In this document: positions 39,648 to 49,240 of the stretch, one piece after another | Numbering within the stretch: position 1 is the first letter of the stretch | Layout of the letters: every line of letters begins with the position of its first letter | NCBI GenBank assembly: GCA_963674735.2 | Contig: CAXXQS010000001.1 | Span: 256,001 to 320,000 of the forward strand | Source of the DNA: Myxococcota bacterium | GTDB taxonomy: Bacteria > Myxococcota_A > SURF-8 | Reading direction: 5' to 3' | Length of the DNA: 64,000 nucleotides | Position numbers and translations under genes: made by a program | Notes under the pieces: generated by a model | Databases searched by the model: none | What the model was told of the DNA's origin: nothing | The model's input: only the letters and a program-made list of their open reading frames with translations

Positions 39648-41420
39648 ATGTTGGCTTCGCGCTTGTTTGTCCGGCTGGTTGTTTCGGCCGCCCTCCTGTT
39701 GCTTGTTTCTCCCTTAAATGCCGAAATTCAAACCGAAATGAGCGTGGCGACACCGGCGGTGCGTGCCGCCTACGATTTCGGAGAGTGTGAGACCATCGAC
39801 GGCGTTTGTTATCAGCCGTTACGTGTCACCCTCGACCGGCACCCGGACGCTTTCGAGCCGAAAGCCGATGAACCGGTGAAACTATGGCGCATCGACGGCA
39901 AGACCGGTGCCGAGACCTATTTCGAGTTCGATCGGGCCGATGCTCCCGAATTCATTCCGCAGGACTGGATGGACGCGGAAGCGAACGAGGCGCCGCCGTC
40001 TTTTAAGAACAACATCCGTACCGCCATCGACGAAACCGATGAATACCCCTACAGCTCGGTGCTCAAGCTTTACATGCAGGTCCCCGGCACCCAATACGGT
40101 GCGGTTTGTTCCGGCATGATGGCCGGGGCGACCAACGTGGCGTTGACGGCGGGGCACTGTGTTTACAGCAACGACGCCGACCAGGGTATCCCCGAGGGCG
40201 CGCTGGATGTGATGTACGTGATTCCCGGTATGAACGGCGAAGTACATCCCTTCGGGATCGCCTCCGACGAAGAGTTGTGGGTGCCCGACGCCTGGAAGTC
40301 GGGCGGCAACAATGCGTTCAATTACGATTGGGCCGTGTTGCGCCTCAATCGCGATGTCGGCGAACGCACTCACTGGATGACCCTCGTCGCCGATAATGTC
40401 TCGGACAATTACTTCTACGGCGAGACCATCCACGTGCTCGGTTATCCGGGCGATTTGCGCGACGGCGAGTATATGTATCACGTTCAGGGGAATTTTCTCG
40501 GCGTTTCGGGCAATGTCCTCTATCACGATGCGTATGTGTACCAGGGGAACTCGGGTGGCCCTACCTACATTAATACCGGAGCAACGAATCCGTACCAGAT
40601 TGTCGGCATCGTTTCGCACAGCACCTATTACGCCGGAAGAGAAGTCACCGGCTCCACCATGATCAAGTCGGCGGTGACGACAGCTTTGCGCGAGGCGGCC
40701 GATTGCGGGAACGGTTGTGCGGTCGGTGAGCGGGAGTGCGTGAACGGGACGAATTACCGGGAATGCATCACCAATTCCTATGGCTGCAACGTGTGGAGCT
40801 GGAATACGGTATGTGTGGGTGGCAAAGTCTGCGTGAATGACGGCCAATGTACCGGCGGTTGCGAACACACCTGTACTGAAGGAAAGAAAACCTGCGGTTC
40901 CGATACGGGCGTGTCCGTTTGCGAAGTCGGCAACGAAGGTTGCTGGGTCTGGAGCGAGCCCGAGGAATGTGCGCGCGGGGAGGTGTGTGACGGTGGAGAA
41001 TGTGTCGATGGACCGGCCGATGGCGATATCCCGGTGGACGGTGATACCCCGGCCGATTGCTCGGGAAGCTGCCAGCCGGGCGCAGACGCTTTTTGCGTGT
41101 CGTCCATGGTTCTCTGTGAGTGCCGCGCCATGCAGTGGACCTTGAGCGATTGCTCGTTATACTGCCTGGAGGACGGGATGACCCTCAAAGGGTGCAGCTA
41201 TCACCCTGGCCAGCAAGCCGAGGTTTGTCTGTGCCAAGACCACGATACGCCGGTTGATGGCGATGCGCCCGATGGTGATGATTCGGACGACGATGGGGAC
41301 GGCAAAGGGATGACGGTCGGGAACGGTGGCTGTCGGCAGAGTGGCAATGGACCGCTTTGGGGGCTGGGGCTGCTTCTTTTAGTTTGGGGCGGTTTGATCC
41401 GGCGACGCGTCACCGGCTGA
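39648..41420 (+). CDS. Trypsin-like (V8-type) serine protease with Cys-rich region and MYXO-CTERM-like sorting signal
   Basis: TAGHC, YDWAVL, GNSGG triad motifs; C-terminal GGCRQS...LLLLVWGGLIRRR. Confidence 0.88.
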   Translation: MLASRLFVRLVVSAALLLLVSPLNAEIQTEMSVATPAVRAAYDFGECETIDGVCYQPLRVTLDRHPDAFEPKADEPVKLWRIDGKTGAETYFEFDRADAPEFIPQDWMDAEANEAPPSFKNNIRTAIDETDEYPYSSVLKLYMQVPGTQYGAVCSGMMAGATNVALTAGHCVYSNDADQGIPEGALDVMYVIPGMNGEVHPFGIASDEELWVPDAWKSGGNNAFNYDWAVLRLNRDVGERTHWMTLVADNVSDNYFYGETIHVLGYPGDLRDGEYMYHVQGNFLGVSGNVLYHDAYVYQGNSGGPTYINTGATNPYQIVGIVSHSTYYAGREVTGSTMIKSAVTTALREAADCGNGCAVGERECVNGTNYRECITNSYGCNVWSWNTVCVGGKVCVNDGQCTGGCEHTCTEGKKTCGSDTGVSVCEVGNEGCWVWSEPEECARGEVCDGGECVDGPADGDIPVDGDTPADCSGSCQPGADAFCVSSMVLCECRAMQWTLSDCSLYCLEDGMTLKGCSYHPGQQAEVCLCQDHDTPVDGDAPDGDDSDDDGDGKGMTVGNGGCRQSGNGPLWGLGLLLLVWGGLIRRRVTG

Positions 41421-41959
41421 AAACGAGACCTTTTTCGGACGAAATCGACGGGTTTATCCACATAATTTAGATCCGATGGGCCGCTTGCCTTGGGCAGACG
41501 GCTCGTTTTTTTGGCCGGAACCGGCCTTAGTCGTACAATTTTTGGAACACCAAGTTAGTCGCAATGGTTATGAATGGTGGATTCTATGGTTATCGAAAAG
41601 GATCGGGCGGAGAAGAGATGGTGGGGCTTGAAGCTGTAAAAAGCAAATATAATCAATCCGTTACGGGGAGTCTTGCTGAGCCTTTTTCTTTGATAACCTA
41701 TCGGAATGGGTCTAAGAACAAAATACCATTGAGCTGGGAAGCGTTTTTTCTTGAACTTCTTAGCGGTTTCCCTTATCCCTTCTAATTGTTTTCCGCGACC
41801 AGCGAAAAGAGTTCGAAGGAAAGGATCGGTTACAAGAGCGTGTATCAGCCTCGGATTTATCGTATGAGCGTAAATTTGATGAGGTTCGATCATCAACCAG
41901 ATGACGGGGTTTTCTCCCGTGTAGGCTCATTCCATCAATAGAAGGAAGGAGATTCGGAA

Positions 41960-42400
41960 ATGCCTAGTTTTGTAATCACTGAGAAATGTGACGGGTGCAA
42001 AGGGCAAGATAAGACAGCTTGTATGTATATCTGCCCCAACGACCTAATGGTTCTGGACAAGGATCGCATGAAGGCGTACAACCGCGCGCCGGAAATGTGC
42101 TGGGAATGCGCTTGCTGCGTCAAGATCTGTCCCCAGCAGGCGATGGATCTGCGCGGCTATGCCGACTTCGTGCCCCTGGGCGCCTCCTGCGTCCCGATGC
42201 GCGGCTCGGATAGCATCATGTGGACCGTCAAGTTCCGCAATGGTATGGTGAAACGGTTCAAGTTCCCGATTCGCACCACCCCTGAAGGTTCGGCCAAACC
42301 GGCTGGCGATTTTGGTGATGGCGAAGGATCGTTGAACGACGAGACTCTGTTCTCCGAGCCGGCTTCCCTGGGCTGTGCTGTCCCCACCTTGAAAAAATAA
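41960..42400 (+). CDS. aprB: Adenylylsulfate reductase beta subunit
   Basis: MPSFVITEKCDGCKGQDKTACMYICP, CWECACCVKICP, RFKFPIRTTPEGS. Confidence 0.98.
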   Translation: MPSFVITEKCDGCKGQDKTACMYICPNDLMVLDKDRMKAYNRAPEMCWECACCVKICPQQAMDLRGYADFVPLGASCVPMRGSDSIMWTVKFRNGMVKRFKFPIRTTPEGSAKPAGDFGDGEGSLNDETLFSEPASLGCAVPTLKK

Positions 42401-42424
42401 GTGATGGAAGGAGGAGGTGTTACC

Positions 42425-44338
42425 ATGGCTAACTTTGAAACTGTTGAAGTCACCACTGATCTTCTGATCGTGGGTGGTGGTATGGCTGCCTGTGGCGCGG
42501 CTGTTGAAGCGGCGTATTGGGCCAAGAAAAACAATCTGAAAGTCACGTTGGTTGACAAAGCGGCGATGGATCGTTCCGGCGCCGTCGCGATGGGTCTTTC
42601 GGCCATCAACCAGTACGTCGGTGTCGCCGCTGGCGATAACACCGTCGAAGATTACGTGCGTTATGTCCGCCGCGACCTGATGGGTGTCACCCGTGAGGAC
42701 TTGGTTTACAACATCGCGCGTCACGTCGATGGTACCGTGCATCTGTTCGAAAAATGGGGCCTCCCCATCTGGACGGACGAAGCCGGCAAATACGTGCATG
42801 AAGGCCGTTGGCAGGTCATGATCAACGGTGAATCCTACAAGATCATCGTTGCTGAAGCCGCCAAGAATGCCCTGGCCGAGGCCGGTGGCGAATATCTCGA
42901 GCGCGTGTTCATCGTTGAGCCGATCATGGACGGCGACCGTGTCGCCGGCGCCGTGGGCTTCAGCACCCGCGAAGAGAAATTCTATGTCTTCAAGGCGAAA
43001 GCCGTGATGTGCGCCCTCGGTGGTGCGGTTCACGTGTTCCGTCCCCGTAACGTCGGTGAAGGCTTCGGCCGTAGCTGGTATCCCCCGTTCAACTCGGGTT
43101 CCTCGGCTTATTTCACCATTAAAGCCGGTGCCGAAATGACCTGCCAGGAAGTGCGCTTCATTCCCGTGCGCTTCAAAGATGGTTATGGTCCGGTCGGTGC
43201 GTGGTTCCTGCTGTTCAAATCCGCCGCGACCAACGCGTTCGGCGAAAACTACATGCAGACCCATGCTGACGAACTGCAGAAATATGCCCCCTACGGTACC
43301 GGCAAGCCGATCCCGGCCTGCTTGCGTAACCACCTCGGCATGATCGATCTCTTCGCCGGTAAAGGCCCTCTGTACATGCAGACCGCCGAAGCCATTCAGC
43401 GCATCGCTGAAGGCGTGAAAGCCGAGCACGCTGCCGATCCGAAGGCCGCCGACAAGGCGTTCAAAAAGAAGATGAAGCATCTGGAAGAGGAAGCCTGGGA
43501 AGATTTCCTCGACATGACCATCAGCCAGGCGCTGCTGTGGGCCGCCACGAACACCGAGCCTGAGAAGGCCCCGTCCGAGATCGCCCCGTGCGAGCCTTAC
43601 TTCATCGGCTCCCACTCCGGCGCCTCCGGTGCCTGGGTTTCGGGTCCGAGCGACCTCGCCCCCGACGAGTACAACTGGGGCTACGCCAACATGACCACCG
43701 TGAAGGGCCTGTTCGCCGCCGGTGACGCCTCCGGCGCCAGCAGCCATAAGTTCTCTTCCGGTTCGCATGCTGAAGGCCGTATCGCTGCCAAGGCCGCGGT
43801 GAAGTTCATCCTCGAGAACAACACCCAGCCGAACGTCGACAGTGCTTTCGTTGACGCCGCCCGTGAAACCATCCTGAAACCGCTGGATCTGTATGCCGCG
43901 CATTCGGGTGAAACCACGGATCCGAACGTCAATCCGAATTACCTCATGCCGCGCCAGTTCATGGATCGCCTCCAGAAGATCATGGACGAGTACGCCGGTG
44001 GCGTGAGCATGCAGTTCACCACCAACCAGAATCTGCTGGAACGTGGTATGGAACTGATGGAATTCCTGAGCGAGGACTCCACCAAGATCGCCGCTTCCAA
44101 CCTGCATGACCTCATGCGTACCTGGGAGAACGTGCATCGTATGTGGCAGGCCGAAGCCCATCTCCGCACCCTGCTCTTCCGCGAAGAGACCCGTTGGCCG
44201 GGTTACTACTATCGCGGTGACAAAACCGAGATGGACGAAGAAAACTGGAAGTGCTTCGCCAACTGCAAATGGGATCCCGCTTCGGGCGAATGGACGATGA
44301 TGAAACGTGAAATCATCGGCATCGGCATCGAAGACTAA
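42425..44338 (+). CDS. aprA: Adenylylsulfate reductase alpha subunit
   Basis: DRSGAVAMGLSAINQY, WQVMINGESYK, RFKDGYGPVGAWFL, HKFSSGSHAEGRI. Confidence 0.98.
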   Translation: MANFETVEVTTDLLIVGGGMAACGAAVEAAYWAKKNNLKVTLVDKAAMDRSGAVAMGLSAINQYVGVAAGDNTVEDYVRYVRRDLMGVTREDLVYNIARHVDGTVHLFEKWGLPIWTDEAGKYVHEGRWQVMINGESYKIIVAEAAKNALAEAGGEYLERVFIVEPIMDGDRVAGAVGFSTREEKFYVFKAKAVMCALGGAVHVFRPRNVGEGFGRSWYPPFNSGSSAYFTIKAGAEMTCQEVRFIPVRFKDGYGPVGAWFLLFKSAATNAFGENYMQTHADELQKYAPYGTGKPIPACLRNHLGMIDLFAGKGPLYMQTAEAIQRIAEGVKAEHAADPKAADKAFKKKMKHLEEEAWEDFLDMTISQALLWAATNTEPEKAPSEIAPCEPYFIGSHSGASGAWVSGPSDLAPDEYNWGYANMTTVKGLFAAGDASGASSHKFSSGSHAEGRIAAKAAVKFILENNTQPNVDSAFVDAARETILKPLDLYAAHSGETTDPNVNPNYLMPRQFMDRLQKIMDEYAGGVSMQFTTNQNLLERGMELMEFLSEDSTKIAASNLHDLMRTWENVHRMWQAEAHLRTLLFREETRWPGYYYRGDKTEMDEENWKCFANCKWDPASGEWTMMKREIIGIGIED

Positions 44339-44352
44339 GACCTGGTATTCCA

Positions 44353-44389
44353 AACCTCCAGGCGTCTTCGGGCGTCTGGAGGTTCTTTT
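44353..44389 (+). terminator. Intrinsic terminator after aprA
   Basis: AACCTCCAGGCGTC-TTCG-GGCGTCTGGAGGTT-CTTTT. Confidence 0.8.
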
Positions 44390-44437
44390 GTTTACCCCAC
44401 TTCATCGCGACGTACGCAAACAAAATAAGGTATACTC

Positions 44438-45649
44438 ATGACGACCCCCGACCCCGCTCTGTGTCCCCACTGCCAACAGAAGATGAGCCGCTGGAAATCT
44501 CCCACGATTTCGTCCTGGGGCGGCAATTACCAATGGGTGTGCTTCAACGACGATTGCCCCTACTTCGTCAAGGGGTGGGACCATCTGCTGAATACCGCCA
44601 ATCAGCATGCCTCGTATCGTCATCGTTACGATCCCTCGACCGGCGAATCGGGGCCTCTGCCCGTGTGGTCGCATGATGCGTTGAAGGATCAGATTTTACC
44701 GGATACGGATGCCGAAGAACAGCCGCGCGGAGCGGTGGAATTCGGTGTCCGCAAGTCGCCCGTTTCGGCCGATGCCGCCGAGTCTGCTCCGACGTCCAAA
44801 GACGAACCGGAAGACAAGATGGATTCCGTCGAGCGTATGAAAGAAGACATTATCGAGAACTATACGCGGCTGACTCCCGAGGACAGCATCCAGTTCACCT
44901 GCAATGCCGGTGTTCCGTGCTTTACCCGCTGTTGCCGCGATATCAACATTTTTCTGACCTCCTACGACGTTCTGCGCCTGAAGCGCCGCCTCAATATCAC
45001 GTCGGAGGAATTTGTCAGCAAATACACACTGGCCCTGCCGGTCAATATCCGCCATCGCATTCCCATCATTGTTTTGCGTATGAGCGACAACGAAGAAAAA
45101 ACCTGTCCTTTCCTGGGCGAGGGTGGTTGTACGGTTTACGAAGACCGCCCTTGGGCCTGCCGCATGTACCCGCTGGGTGTGGCGTCGCAGAAAACGCAAG
45201 AGAATCCCGAGGGAGAGGAATTCTACTATCTCATCGAAGACAAGCATAAGTGCCAGGGGCACGGAGTCGGGACGCCCGTCAAAATCGCCGATTATATCGC
45301 CGATCAGGGTGTGGTCGAATATGAGGAAATGAACGTGCCGTTCAGAGACCTCACGCTCCACCCCTTCTTTACCAGTTCCGATCAATCCCTGCCGCCGCAT
45401 CAGGCGCAGATGTTTTTCATGGCCGCCTACAACATCGATATGTTCCGCCGCTTCCTCTTCAACAGCCGCTTCTTCGAGGTGATGGATGTGGAAGAGGGAC
45501 TTCAGGAACGGCTTGCCAGCGACGAGGACGAACTGTATCGGTTTGCGTTCCGTTGGATGCGCTACAGCTTGTTCAATGAAGGCGACATGAAAGTCAAGTC
45601 GGAATTGGTATCCCAACGCCGCAAGGAGTTGGACAAGGCCACGAAGTAA
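44438..45649 (+). CDS. Zinc-ribbon domain fused to a YkgJ/UPF0153 cysteine-cluster domain
   Basis: N-terminal CPHC...VCFNDDCPYFVKGW; C-terminal C..CFTRCC...CPFL....CTVYEDRPWACRMYP. Confidence 0.82.
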   Translation: MTTPDPALCPHCQQKMSRWKSPTISSWGGNYQWVCFNDDCPYFVKGWDHLLNTANQHASYRHRYDPSTGESGPLPVWSHDALKDQILPDTDAEEQPRGAVEFGVRKSPVSADAAESAPTSKDEPEDKMDSVERMKEDIIENYTRLTPEDSIQFTCNAGVPCFTRCCRDINIFLTSYDVLRLKRRLNITSEEFVSKYTLALPVNIRHRIPIIVLRMSDNEEKTCPFLGEGGCTVYEDRPWACRMYPLGVASQKTQENPEGEEFYYLIEDKHKCQGHGVGTPVKIADYIADQGVVEYEEMNVPFRDLTLHPFFTSSDQSLPPHQAQMFFMAAYNIDMFRRFLFNSRFFEVMDVEEGLQERLASDEDELYRFAFRWMRYSLFNEGDMKVKSELVSQRRKELDKATK

Positions 45650-45753
45650 GTGCGGTTTTGTGACGGACCGCCCGGAATCGAGTGGAAGGCAAATCGGAAG
45701 CCGTTGGCAAGTGGTTTGCTGCAAATAGGATGTCATTCGCTAAGGAGTGATCT

Positions 45754-47010
45754 ATGACGGAGGAGAAACACAATAGTGTAATGGTCGTTGGTGGCGGCAT
45801 CGGCGGCATATCGACCGCGGTGGAAATCGCCGAGATGGGTTACGAAGTAATCCTGGTCGAGAAAGCGCCGTCGCTTGGGGGCCGCGTTGCGCGGTTGACG
45901 AAGTACTTCCCCAAAATGTGCCCCCCCTGGTGTGGACTGGAAATCAACTACCGCCGCATCAAGGAAAACAAGAAGATTCGCGTCTTCACCCTTGCCGAGG
46001 TTCAGAAAATCTCGGGCGCGCCGGGTAACCTGGAAGTTCAGGTCGCCCTCAAACCGCGCTATGTCAAGCCCCAGGCCGATCGATTCGAGAAGGCTATCGA
46101 GGCTTGCGAGGTGGAAGTGTCCAACGAATTCAACCTGGGCATGGACAAAACCAAGGCGATTCATTACTACCACGACATGGCTTATCCCCAGTTCCCGGTG
46201 GTCGAAGCCAAGGACGATCCGGGCGTGAAGGCGGCCATCGAGGCTTCCGGCTGCACCGCGTTCGACCTGGACGAAGAGCCGCAGGACATGACGTTCAAAG
46301 TCGGTGCGGTGGTGTGGGCCACCGGTTGGACCCCCTACGATGTCTCGCAGGTATCGTATTTGGGCTACCAGCGCTATCAGGACGTCATCCAGAATGTCCA
46401 GATGGAACGTCTTTGTTCCGTCAGCGGTCCCACCGAAGGCAAGCTGTTGCGCCCCTCCGATGGCCGTGAAGCCAAACGGGTGGCCTTCGTGCAATGCGCC
46501 GGTTCCCGCGATGCCAATTATCTCGGTTACTGCTCCAACGTCTGCTGCTCGGCTTCGATGAAGCAGGCGCTGTATGTGCGCGAGAAATACGAAGATGCCG
46601 AAGCCTGGATTTTCTACATCGATTTGCGCTCCGGTCGCTATGTCGATTTCCTGAAAAAGGTGACCGACGACGACAAGATCCACCTCATCAAAGGTAAAGC
46701 CGGTGCCGTGGCGCAGGACCCGGAGACGGGCGACGTGATCGTCACCGTCGAGGACGTGACCGAGGGCGTGACCAAAAAGTATGCGTTCGACATGGTCGTG
46801 TTGGCCTCCGGTATGGTGCCCGAAACCGCCGGGAACCCGATACCCGCCGAGGGCATCGAGTACGACAAGTACGGGTTCGTCACCTCGGACCCGGCCCAAA
46901 CCGGCATCTTCCCTTTGGGCTGCCTGCGTAAACCGAGTGACGTCTCCGTGACGGTGCAGGACGCGACAGGCATTTCGATCAAAGCGATTCATACTATCTT
47001 GGGTGGGTGA
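45754..47010 (+). CDS. qmoA: QmoA (HdrA-like flavoprotein)
   Basis: GGGIGG FAD motif, KYFPKMCPPWCGLEIN, VQCAGSRD..YCSNVCC; downstream of aprBA. Confidence 0.93.
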   Translation: MTEEKHNSVMVVGGGIGGISTAVEIAEMGYEVILVEKAPSLGGRVARLTKYFPKMCPPWCGLEINYRRIKENKKIRVFTLAEVQKISGAPGNLEVQVALKPRYVKPQADRFEKAIEACEVEVSNEFNLGMDKTKAIHYYHDMAYPQFPVVEAKDDPGVKAAIEASGCTAFDLDEEPQDMTFKVGAVVWATGWTPYDVSQVSYLGYQRYQDVIQNVQMERLCSVSGPTEGKLLRPSDGREAKRVAFVQCAGSRDANYLGYCSNVCCSASMKQALYVREKYEDAEAWIFYIDLRSGRYVDFLKKVTDDDKIHLIKGKAGAVAQDPETGDVIVTVEDVTEGVTKKYAFDMVVLASGMVPETAGNPIPAEGIEYDKYGFVTSDPAQTGIFPLGCLRKPSDVSVTVQDATGISIKAIHTILGG

Positions 47011-47014
47011 AGCC

Positions 47015-49186
47015 ATGGACCATAAAGTAGGATTTTACATTGACGGAGGCTGCGGCCTGGATGAGCGGTTGGAACTCAGCCGTCTCGAAAAGGTCGCTAC
47101 GAGTGAATACAAGGCGGTGGTTTGCAAACAGCTCGCCAACGCCTGCAGCCCCGAGGGTCAGGACGAAATCGGTAAAGACATCGCCGAAAACGATCTGAAC
47201 ACTATCGTGATCGCGGGTGTTTCGGCCCGTCATGCCTGTCCGTACCTCGATTTCCCCGAGTGCGTGGTTGAACGCGTCAATCTGCGCGAGCAGGTGGTGT
47301 GGACCCACGACCCCGAGTTCCTCGTGGAAGAGATGGAAGAGGACGAGGACGAAGTCGAAGAAAACATCAATATGATGGCCGAAGACTATGTCCGCATGGG
47401 CATCGTGCGCGCCACCATGAGCGATCTGCCTGAAGCTCACAAAATCGCTTCGCCGCGCCGCGTGCTGGTCATCGGCGGTGGCGTGTCGGGTATGAGCGCC
47501 GCGTTGAACGTGGCCAAGGCCGGTTTCGAAGCGGTGCTCGTCGAAAAGCAGGACGTACTGGGTGGCTGGGCGACCAAGCTGTTCCGCGATCTGCCCAAGC
47601 AGGCCCCCTTCGAGAATCTTCCCGAACCGCCGATCGGCGGCATGGTGGAAGAGGTGAACGGCCACGCCAACATCACCGTTTACACCGGTTGCGAAGTGTC
47701 CTCCGTTGCGGGCGCACCGGGTGAGTTTGCCGTGGAACTTTCCAACGGCGAAAAATTCGACGCGGGTTCGATCATTCTGGCGGTCGGCTGGAAGCCCTTC
47801 GATACGGCCAAGCTCGACCCGAAATACAAGTACGGCGAGAATCCGAACGTCGTGACCAGCCTCGAACTGGAAGCGATGATCAAGGAAAAAGGCAAGCTCG
47901 TGCGTCCCTCCGACGGCGGCGACGTGAGCACGGTGGCGTTTGTCACCAACGTCGATTTCACCGACGATGTGGACCAGTCGCCTTACCTGGCCAACGTACA
48001 CAGCATCGTGGCGCTGAAACAAGCCCATTATCTGCTGGAGCAGGCCCCGGAAGCGACGCCGTATCTCTTCCACGATCACGTGAAAGCGGCCGGTTTGTAC
48101 GAAGATCTGTACCGCTACATTCAGGACGAAGGCCTGGTGCTGGTGCGCGGTCCTTTGAGCGGTGTGGACGAAGGTGCGGAGAAACCGCTGTATCTGCAGG
48201 GTGAAGACACGCTGCTGGGTACACCGGTCGAGATGGAAGCCGACTTGGTCGTGTTGAGCCTGGGCATGGTCCCGGTGACGCAGGACGAGGAAGTGCTGCA
48301 TCTGCAATATCGTCAGGGTCCGGAACTGCCGGAGCTGGCTTACGGTTATCCGAACTCGCACTTTATCTGCTTCCCCTACGAAACGCGCCGTACCGGTATC
48401 TACGCTTGTGGTACCGTGCGCGAGCCGATGGAAGTGGGACGGGCCATCGACGATGCCGCCGGTGCTGCCTTGAAGGCCGTGCAGGCCATCGAGCTGGTCA
48501 CTCAGGGTGCGGGCCTGCATCCGCGCGTAGGCGATTTCAGCTTCCCCGAGATCAACTTCCAGCGTTGCACCCAGTGCAAGCGCTGCACCGAAGAATGTCC
48601 GTTCGGCGCTTACGACGAAGACGAGAAGGGCACCCCGAAACCCAACCCCTCGCGCTGCCGCCGCTGCGGTGTGTGCATGGGCGCCTGTCCCGAACGCGTC
48701 ATCAGCTTCAAGAATTACAGCGTGGGCATGATCGGTAACATGATCAAGTCTCTCGAAGTTCCGGACGAATTCGAGGAAAAACCGCGTATTCTGGTTCTGG
48801 CTTGCGAAAACGACGCCATGCCGGCATTGGACATGGCGGCGGTCAATCGCTTGAACTATAGTAGTTACGTGCGGGTGATCTCGCTACGCTGCCTCGGTTC
48901 GATCAACCTCGTGTGGGTGGCCGACGCGTTGGCGAAGGGCATCGACGGTATCATGTTGCTGGGCTGCAAGCATGGCGATGATTACCAGTGCCACTTCATC
49001 AAAGGTAGCGAGCTGGCCAACACGCGTATGGAGAAGGTGTCGGAAACGCTCGATCGTCTGATGCTGGAATCGGAGCGAATCCGCGTGGATGAGGTAAGTA
49101 TCACGGATTACAAGGATCTGCCCGGACGCATCAACGCGTTTGTGTCGGATATTTGCGAATTGGATCCGAATCCTTACAAGGAATAA
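47015..49186 (+). CDS. qmoB: QmoB (HdrA-like flavoprotein with ferredoxin and MvhD domains)
   Basis: YRQGPELP, SHFICFPYETRRTGIY, CTQCKRCTEECPFG, C-terminal GCKHGDDYQCHF. Confidence 0.95.
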   Translation: MDHKVGFYIDGGCGLDERLELSRLEKVATSEYKAVVCKQLANACSPEGQDEIGKDIAENDLNTIVIAGVSARHACPYLDFPECVVERVNLREQVVWTHDPEFLVEEMEEDEDEVEENINMMAEDYVRMGIVRATMSDLPEAHKIASPRRVLVIGGGVSGMSAALNVAKAGFEAVLVEKQDVLGGWATKLFRDLPKQAPFENLPEPPIGGMVEEVNGHANITVYTGCEVSSVAGAPGEFAVELSNGEKFDAGSIILAVGWKPFDTAKLDPKYKYGENPNVVTSLELEAMIKEKGKLVRPSDGGDVSTVAFVTNVDFTDDVDQSPYLANVHSIVALKQAHYLLEQAPEATPYLFHDHVKAAGLYEDLYRYIQDEGLVLVRGPLSGVDEGAEKPLYLQGEDTLLGTPVEMEADLVVLSLGMVPVTQDEEVLHLQYRQGPELPELAYGYPNSHFICFPYETRRTGIYACGTVREPMEVGRAIDDAAGAALKAVQAIELVTQGAGLHPRVGDFSFPEINFQRCTQCKRCTEECPFGAYDEDEKGTPKPNPSRCRRCGVCMGACPERVISFKNYSVGMIGNMIKSLEVPDEFEEKPRILVLACENDAMPALDMAAVNRLNYSSYVRVISLRCLGSINLVWVADALAKGIDGIMLLGCKHGDDYQCHFIKGSELANTRMEKVSETLDRLMLESERIRVDEVSITDYKDLPGRINAFVSDICELDPNPYKE

Positions 49187-49240
49187 CCCAACGCGATTGC
49201 GGAACCGATCCGTGTGTTTCGCTCATTATAGGAGCATGGT

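Noticed and set aside
41420-41959. Rex/HcpR site or 73-aa ORF (41564-41785) upstream of aprB
   Set aside because: No convincing TTGTGA-N6-TCACAA or TTGAC-N4-GTCAA site; only a TTGATGA-N7-TCATCAA hairpin (41876-96) of unclear meaning; the ORF has no RBS or motif support
37617-48520. Long antisense ORFs (620, 769, 427 and 508 aa) opposite hcp, aprA, qmoA and qmoB
   Set aside because: Shadow frames of high-GC coding sequence with no recognisable motifs
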